Assembly (NCBI GenBank): GCA_021796335.1
Contig: JAJYHZ010000002.1
Location: 192,998-256,997, forward strand
From: a bacterium
Lineage (GTDB): Bacteria > Patescibacteriota > Minisyncoccia > UBA6257 > UBA9933
Direction of reading: 5' to 3'
Length of the DNA stretch: 64,000 nt
Below are positions 58,435 to 64,000 of this stretch, in pieces. The position numbers and the translations under genes are program-made. The notes below the pieces were generated by a model that worked only from the letters and a program-made list of their open reading frames with translations, was not told the DNA's origin and ran no database searches. Positions within the stretch are counted from its first letter, which is position 1, and the number at the start of each line of letters is the position of its first letter.

Positions 58435-58604
58435 TCGGTATATTCATCTTTACCAGGCTTGATTTAGCCTTTATAATGCATATGTCATATGTGCAGATTG
58501 GGTTCATAGTTTAATGGCAGAATTTCGGTCTCCAATCCACCGAAATAAAATGGGTCTGTCGGTCATGGCAATATTTGTCTCTATCCTAGCAACTTTCTTC
58601 AAAT

Positions 58605-58675
58605 GGGTGTTTAGGTAAGTGGTATACCTGCGGTCTCCAAAACCGCGATCGGGGGTTCGATTCCCTCAACACCCG
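58605..58675 (+). tRNA. tRNA-Trp (anticodon CCA)
   Basis: acceptor gggtgtt/aacaccc, D stem ggta/tacc, anticodon stem gcggt/accgc loop ctCCAaa, T arm gggggttcgattccctc. Confidence 0.85.
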
Positions 58676-58853
58676 CCCCGTTGAGCAGCGGTTCAAGGGA
58701 CTGCATTTGTTTGTATCAGAAAAAACTTCAAGTAAAATTGATTCAATGGAAAACTTAGATTATCAGGATTATCTTGATGGGACAAAAAAGATTTTGGACG
58801 ATAGTCAGAAGGAATCGGAGCTATATATACAACCGTTCTAGGAAAAGAATTTA

Positions 58854-59425
58854 TTGTTTATCCCAATTTTTTTCCCTAAGTATTTTAATGATACGGAAAT
58901 TTTTGCTCAAAATTTACCAGTTAAAAAAAATGACGAGATGTTGGAAATAGGATCTGGGACTGGCGTAATAAGCATTTTTGCAGGTATTAAGGGAGCAAAA
59001 AGAGTCCTTGCAATAGATATAAATCCTGATGCTTTAAAAAACACCGAAGAAAACATCAAAGGTATAATTTGAAAGATAGGATTAAGGTAAGACAGGGAGA
59101 TTTATATGATTCGCTTAAAAAGGGAGAAAAATTTGAGGTTATTTTTTGGAATACTCCTTTTGGGTTTGTGGATAAGGGAAATATTTCTGATCTAGAAAAG
59201 TCAGTTTACGATCCAGGCTATAAATCTACTGAGAGATTTATAAAAGAGGCAAAAAATCATCTAAAATCAAAGGGGAAATTACTAATAGGATTTAGCTCAA
59301 TCTTGGGGAAGTTAGAGTTGATTAAAAAATTTGTGAAAGAAGCGGGATTTAATTTGCAACTTTTATTTGAGGCCGAATCGGAGGAGATCTATCCTGTTAA
59401 GTTTGAAATTTTCGAAGTGCAATAA
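58854..59425 (+). pseudogene. frameshifted HemK/Mtq2-like small SAM-dependent methyltransferase (protein N5-glutamine or rRNA MTase family)
   Basis: ORF 58854-59072 carries motif I LEIGSGTGVIS; ORF 59069-59425 in another frame carries GDLYD and NTPF (NPPY/F-type) motif; junction near ggtataatttgaaagat. Confidence 0.5.
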
Positions 59426-59630
59426 ATGGAATCAATTGAAAAATTCAGTAGTGATTTATCTAAAAAAATGATAACAGAAGAAGCAGCGGGCAGTTTCCAA
59501 GGAGAGGTAAAAAGAGATGAAGTATTTTTAAATTTATTGAGATAGGAATTGTTGCAATAAGCTGTTTACAAAACTTTGACAAATTTGTTATAACCTTTAT
59601 TATTTAAAGCAGCTCTAAAATAAATCTTTT

Positions 59631-60011
59631 TTGGGAAGGAGGCAGAAAGAATTGCGTTTATTTCCGAACAGAGAGGAAATTTCTTATGTCTGCAGCCGGG
59701 ATCATATTCGCAATATGGACAGGTGGGCTATGGCGGTTATTATATTTTCTACCATAGACATCGTTATTACAATAATTTTTATAAACGTATTGAGAAAAAA
59801 TGGAGGAATGGTTTTTTCGTGGATTTATAACCATGGGGGGTGCTTTACGATATCCGTCTATAAGATATTCACGACTGCAATTCCACTGTATGCAATCGGG
59901 AAAAAGAAAAAAGCGGGCCATGTAGTTGCAGCGGCTGTAATTGTCGCAATAGGTCTAAATTATATAATCTTCTTTCTTTTCCCTTATTTGAAGGGCCGGG
60001 GCTATTTTTAA
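59631..60011 (+). CDS. hypothetical membrane protein
   Basis: three predicted TM helices; start uncertain. Confidence 0.3.
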   Translation: MGRRQKELRLFPNREEISYVCSRDHIRNMDRWAMAVIIFSTIDIVITIIFINVLRKNGGMVFSWIYNHGGCFTISVYKIFTTAIPLYAIGKKKKAGHVVAAAVIVAIGLNYIIFFLFPYLKGRGYF

Positions 60012-60032
60012 AGCCTGCGGCCCGTTTTTTTT
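59993..60032 (+). terminator. rho-independent terminator
   Basis: gggccg...cggccc stem followed by gttttttttgg. Confidence 0.6.
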
Positions 60033-60198
60033 GGTTTGTTTCGCAAAATCTTACCGAAATAAGCAGTATACAATTGCAGCGATCGTTGCGATTGTATACC
60101 GTTTGAGGAGTTTATTTCCTGTTTTATTCCTTGATTTTAAGAGTTTGGCATTGTTTTGAAAATTGCTTATACTATAAAAATAAAATTCTTATATCTAA

Positions 60199-60924
60199 AT
60201 GGAAACTAGAAATTTTGAAAATAAAGATTCCATAAAACCTGATTTTAGAAAAATATTTAAGGAGAAACTAGAGTCCATTGAACCAATTTCTGAAAAAGAG
60301 CAAAAGGATGCCGCCAGCGGATTTGAGGATGTTGGTATTGAAAAAATAAAAAAAGAAATTCCAGCCATGATTATTAGAATGGCCGGAAATGAAGATTTTG
60401 ATTTATGGATAGAGGATAGCAATAATTTTAAGAATGTATTTGAGCCTCATGACGAATTAAGAGGGTTTCTTTGTATATTTTTGAATATAAAAGATGAATA
60501 TGATCCAAAATTTCCCAGATTTCAATTAGGAGGAACCATTCTTCAAGATGAGAGTAATTCACTGTATTTACTAATGGATGAAATTCGCGAAGATGGATTA
60601 AGAGGTTTTATGAAAATTGAGGAGGTCGGGCCATTATTATTAGATTTGTTACGAGTATATAATATTAAAAAGGTTATCGGAAGATTTTCTAAAGAAGAAA
60701 GAGGAAAAAAATTTAGCGGTTTTAGGACTGCATCGCGAGATATAATTGATGAAGATCTAATAGGAAAAAGGAGGGAGCTTTTTTATTTTGTAAATTTAGC
60801 TCGCAAGTATAATATGACAAACGCGCAATTTTTGAGATTAAGAGTTATGGGTTTGAGCGCCTTCCAGGCAGGAGTTTCTATAAACTTGGAAGATATTGCA
60901 AAAGAGATTATTAAAGATGATTAA
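60199..60924 (+). CDS. hypothetical protein
   Basis: 241-aa ORF ending 2 nt before pyrG start; no family recognised. Confidence 0.4.
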   Translation: METRNFENKDSIKPDFRKIFKEKLESIEPISEKEQKDAASGFEDVGIEKIKKEIPAMIIRMAGNEDFDLWIEDSNNFKNVFEPHDELRGFLCIFLNIKDEYDPKFPRFQLGGTILQDESNSLYLLMDEIREDGLRGFMKIEEVGPLLLDLLRVYNIKKVIGRFSKEERGKKFSGFRTASRDIIDEDLIGKRRELFYFVNLARKYNMTNAQFLRLRVMGLSAFQAGVSINLEDIAKEIIKDD

Positions 60925-60925
60925 A

Positions 60926-62671
60926 ATGAAAACACCGAAATACATTTTTATAGTGGGCGGGGTTATGTCGGGAGTGGGAAAGGGAATAGCTTCCGCTTCG
61001 ATTGCCAAAATTCTTCAGGCTAAAGGATATGAAACAACAGCTATAAAAATAGATCCCTACGTAAATGTGGACGCGGGAACCATGAATCCCACCGAACACG
61101 GCGAGGTTTTTGTTTTGGATGACGGAATGGAATGCGATCAGGATATGGGAAATTACGAAAGATTTTTAAACAAAAACCTTTCAAGCGCGAATTACATGAC
61201 AACCGGAAGCGTTTATCTTTCTCTGATCCAAAAAGAAAGAGCGCTGCAATTCGGCGGGAAAAACGTGGAGGTAGTGCCGCATGTGCCTTTGGAAGTTATC
61301 GGAAAAATAAATAAGGCGGCGGAAAAAGAAAAAGCGGAAATCGCGATTATTGAAATCGGCGGAACTGTGGGAGAATATCAGAATATTTTGTTTCTGGAAG
61401 CGGTCAGAATGCTGAAAATAAAAAGTCCTCAAGATGTCGTTTTGGGGCTTGTAAGTTATCTGCCTCAGCAAGGAGATGCCGGAGAATTAAAAACAAAACC
61501 GACGCAATATGCGGTAAGAACTTTAAATTCAGCCGGACTTCAGCCGGATTTGGTTTTGGCAAGGGCGGGCGTTTCTTTGGACGAAAAACGAAAAGAAAAA
61601 ATCGCTTTCAACTGCAATATAGACGAGAACGCGGTTATTTCCGCGCCGGATGTTGAAAGCATTTATGAAGTACCGCTTAATTTTGAAAGAGACAAGCTCA
61701 GCGAGATTATTTTGAAAAAATTAAATCTGAAGCCGAAGAAAAAAGATTTGAAGGAATGGGCGGCTTTGGTAAAAAAGATACATTCGGCGAAAACTCCGGT
61801 AAAAATCGGAATTGTGGGGAAATATTTCTCAACCGGTAAATTCGTTCTGGCGGATTCGTATATTTCCGTAATCGAAGCGATTAAGCATGCGGCTTATACG
61901 CAAAACAGGAAGCCTGAAATTCATTGGCTAAACGCGGATGACTTCGAGTCATCCGCCGCGGAACTGCGCGGACTGAAACGCGAAATCACGCGGAAAAATA
62001 AAACAGGATTGAGAAAAGATTTTAGCGAATTAGAACAATATGACGGGGTTATAATCCCGGGCGGATTCGGAAGCAGGGGGATAGAAGGGAAAATCGCCGT
62101 CATCAGCCATTTGCGGGAAAATAAGATTCCATTTTTGGGGCTTTGTTACGGCATGCAGCTGGCGACAATCGAATACGCGAGGAATAAAGCGGGAATGGAA
62201 GGAGCGCATACGACTGAGGTGGATAAAAAAACGAAATATCCAGTAATTGATATTTTGCCCGAACAGAAAAAGAATCTGACCGAAAAAAATTTCGGAGCAA
62301 CTATGAGATTGGGAGCTTATCCGGCAATCGTGAAACCGGGTAGCATCGCATACGGCGCTTATCGTGGCACAGCTTGGGAGGTAAAAGACAAAAAATTGCG
62401 GGATAAATACGGAGCCGGGCCGAAAGATTTGCTGATTTTTGAAAGGCACAGGCACAGGTACGAAGTAAATCCGCTTTATATAGACAATTTAATTGACAGC
62501 GGATTGGTTTATTCCGGAATTTCTCCGGATCAACGCTTGATGGAAATTCTGGAATTGCCGAAAAAAATCCATCCGTTTTTTGCGGCAACTCAGTTTCATC
62601 CGGAGTTGAAATCCCGGCCGTTGGATCCGCATCCTTTATTCAAAGAATTCATTAAAGCCGCGATGAAATAA
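60926..62671 (+). CDS. pyrG: CTP synthase
   Basis: KYIFIVGGVMSGVGKGIASASI synthase N-terminus, C-terminal glutamine amidotransferase GLCYGMQ ... HPE; start set at MKTPKYIF. Confidence 0.9.
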   Translation: MKTPKYIFIVGGVMSGVGKGIASASIAKILQAKGYETTAIKIDPYVNVDAGTMNPTEHGEVFVLDDGMECDQDMGNYERFLNKNLSSANYMTTGSVYLSLIQKERALQFGGKNVEVVPHVPLEVIGKINKAAEKEKAEIAIIEIGGTVGEYQNILFLEAVRMLKIKSPQDVVLGLVSYLPQQGDAGELKTKPTQYAVRTLNSAGLQPDLVLARAGVSLDEKRKEKIAFNCNIDENAVISAPDVESIYEVPLNFERDKLSEIILKKLNLKPKKKDLKEWAALVKKIHSAKTPVKIGIVGKYFSTGKFVLADSYISVIEAIKHAAYTQNRKPEIHWLNADDFESSAAELRGLKREITRKNKTGLRKDFSELEQYDGVIIPGGFGSRGIEGKIAVISHLRENKIPFLGLCYGMQLATIEYARNKAGMEGAHTTEVDKKTKYPVIDILPEQKKNLTEKNFGATMRLGAYPAIVKPGSIAYGAYRGTAWEVKDKKLRDKYGAGPKDLLIFERHRHRYEVNPLYIDNLIDSGLVYSGISPDQRLMEILELPKKIHPFFAATQFHPELKSRPLDPHPLFKEFIKAAMK

Positions 62672-62754
62672 TTTACGGATGAATTTGGTTTTATGTTTAG
62701 GACCAAGTGGATAAACTGATATCAAATTATTTTTTATTCATTTAGGAAGGTTTT

Positions 62755-63411
62755 ATGATTAAAGCTATTATTTTTGACATGGATGGCGTCATTGTTGATT
62801 CCGAGCCGTTAAACAAAGAGGCTGATAAGTGGGTTTGCGAACAATATGGAATAAAAGTTCCGGCATCTGAATGGAATAATCTGAAAGGAAAAACAAACAG
62901 GGATATTTTCTCTTATCTCATTGATAATTTTTCAGAGGGGGGGAATTTTAATCCGGAAGAATTGTCGCAAGCAAAAAAAAGGAGGTATTTGGAAATCGCT
63001 CCACTACGAATTTCTTTGGTTGAAGGGTCAAAGGATTTTATCCATCAGATCAGGCAATTGGCAGACAAAATCGCTTTAACGACTTCAAGCAGTAAAGCCA
63101 TACAGGAAATGACATTTAATATTTTTGATTTGCATGATTATTTTGACGAGATTGTGACCGGCGATGAGATAAATAATGGCAAGCCACATCCAGAGTCATA
63201 TCTGAAAACATTGGAGAAATTGAAGATAGAGCCGCGACATGCCGTTGTTATAGAAGATTCGGTTAACGGCATAAGGGCGGCAAAAGCTGCCGGCTGCAGA
63301 ACAATAGGAATCACGACTTCCTTTCCGAAAGATACTTTAAAAAACGCAGGAGCTGATTATGCGGTTGATAAATTCGAGGAAATCTATCGGGTGATTTTGG
63401 ATAATTATTAG
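62755..63411 (+). CDS. HAD-superfamily hydrolase (beta-phosphoglucomutase-like subfamily IA)
   Basis: IKAIIFDMDGVIVDSE motif I, TTSS motif II, GKPHPE, EDSVNGIRAAKAAG motif IV. Confidence 0.75.
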   Translation: MIKAIIFDMDGVIVDSEPLNKEADKWVCEQYGIKVPASEWNNLKGKTNRDIFSYLIDNFSEGGNFNPEELSQAKKRRYLEIAPLRISLVEGSKDFIHQIRQLADKIALTTSSSKAIQEMTFNIFDLHDYFDEIVTGDEINNGKPHPESYLKTLEKLKIEPRHAVVIEDSVNGIRAAKAAGCRTIGITTSFPKDTLKNAGADYAVDKFEEIYRVILDNY

Positions 63412-63534
63412 GCAATTTTCCGGCCTTGCTATTTGATTTTTTCAGTACAGAGATTATCCACATTACGGGTAATTACTTTTGTGATATAATAAATCAAAAT
63501 TAATAAAAGGGCGCTTTAACCTATTAAAAATATT

Positions 63535-64000
63535 ATGAGAAAATACTTTTTGACGGCAGCCATTTTTTGCGCTGTTTTTTTGTTGTTTTTAGTTGGGTCG
63601 ACTAATATAACAAGAGCGGCGGTTACCGCCACCGTAACGCCGATGAATTCCAATAGCGCAAATACTATAAAGGCAAATGCAACGCAGCCTGTCCTTAGAA
63701 TCAATATGTCGGAGAGCGCGGGCGAGACCCTTACCAGTGTTACGGTTCATATCTCGAGCGCGACAACGGCAACTCCGACAGCATTTAGTCTTTCCAGTTT
63801 GGCACCTGTTGTTGATTTGGTACGGGATGCGGACGGAAACGGGTTATTCGATGCGACCGATACTGTTATAGCCACCGCAACTCCGAATCTCGCGCTTACC
63901 CAATTAAGCGTTTCAGCCACAACCACGGCAAGCGGAACTTTTTTCGTCGCGATAAACACGGCAAGTTCAACGGCGTGGACGGATAACGGTTATCCGGAAA
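63535..64000 (+). CDS. partial (3'-truncated by window edge) secreted Thr/Ala-rich surface protein
   Basis: ATG at 63535, signal peptide MRKYFLTAAIFCAVFLLFLVGS, open to end of window; not in ORF track because no stop; composition resembles 23804-27079 protein. Confidence 0.5.
   Translation, partial: MRKYFLTAAIFCAVFLLFLVGSTNITRAAVTATVTPMNSNSANTIKANATQPVLRINMSESAGETLTSVTVHISSATTATPTAFSLSSLAPVVDLVRDADGNGLFDATDTVIATATPNLALTQLSVSATTTASGTFFVAINTASSTAWTDNGYPE

Noticed and set aside
58498-58565. tRNA-like sequence gggttcatagtttaatggcagaatttcggtctccaatccaccgaaa upstream of tRNA-Trp, which shares ggtctccaa with the Trp anticodon arm
   Set aside because: There is no complementary 3' acceptor strand. 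The putative anticodon loop would be 9 nt. No T arm is present. It could be a decayed duplicate but it is not a functional tRNA.
59069-59072. TGA at the end of the first methyltransferase fragment as evidence of an alternative genetic code (TGA=Gly as in SR1/Gracilibacteria)
   Set aside because: The downstream half is in a different reading frame, so recoding cannot join the halves. TGA is used as a normal stop for many well-supported genes in the window.

Overview
AT-rich (roughly 35-40% GC by eye) bacterial chromosomal window. Most genes are small and densely packed on the + strand. The gene content, including short-form YebC, EF-Ts, RmlA and UDP-glucose-dehydrogenase homologues, giant Thr/Ser-rich surface proteins, and ldhA-like, rpiB and ppa genes, looks like a Candidate Phyla Radiation (Parcubacteria-like) genome. 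This taxonomic call is inference only.

The window contains:
- Housekeeping genes: nusA, ppa, clpP, gap, ruvC, a yebC-like gene, pyrE-pyrF, pyrG, rpsB-tsf, rpmG, trxB with DsbA-like and glutaredoxin-like genes, and rpiB.
- A MacAB-like tripartite ABC exporter on the minus strand.
- Five tRNAs: Val, Tyr, Thr(TGT), Thr(GGT) and Trp.
- A ~17 kb surface-glycan locus at 35.3-52.4 kb. It holds rmlBACD, a TylC3-like C-methyltransferase, other methyltransferases, glycosyltransferases of families GT2, GT4 and GT9, a Wzx flippase, a WbaP-like priming transferase, and a Wzy_C/TPR ligase-like protein.
- Two giant secreted proteins. One is a 1091-aa Thr/Ser-rich S-layer-like protein. The other is a 1399-aa protein with a Zn-phospholipase-C-like domain, three lamin-tail domains and a PKD domain.

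The most unusual signals are these:
1. Two paralogous proteins (27301-27852 and 34536-35093) each combine a winged-helix domain with a Cas2/VapD-like domain. Each gene is bracketed by a pair of perfect 34-38 bp palindromes of its own family, and a third copy of each palindrome lies elsewhere. The B palindromes abut DnaA-box consensus sequences. The two paralogues delimit a ~7 kb island that carries the giant PLC/LTD/PKD protein and a NYN nuclease.
2. A GxxExxY PD-(D/E)xK-family gene is inserted between wzx and wbaP. It is flanked by CACGAAT/CACAAAT heptamer arrays, and a second array of the same word family lies immediately upstream of nusA.
3. A dispersed MITE-like repeat family (gtcat...ggcggatcaggatgac) has copies bounding the strand-inverted wzx-GxxExxY-wbaP block.
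4. An orphan protein carries a HEPN RNxxxH motif.
5. A hexanucleotide tract in the S-layer gene encodes (TG)n.
6. A methyltransferase gene is frameshifted.

No CRISPR array, rRNA or integrase was seen.
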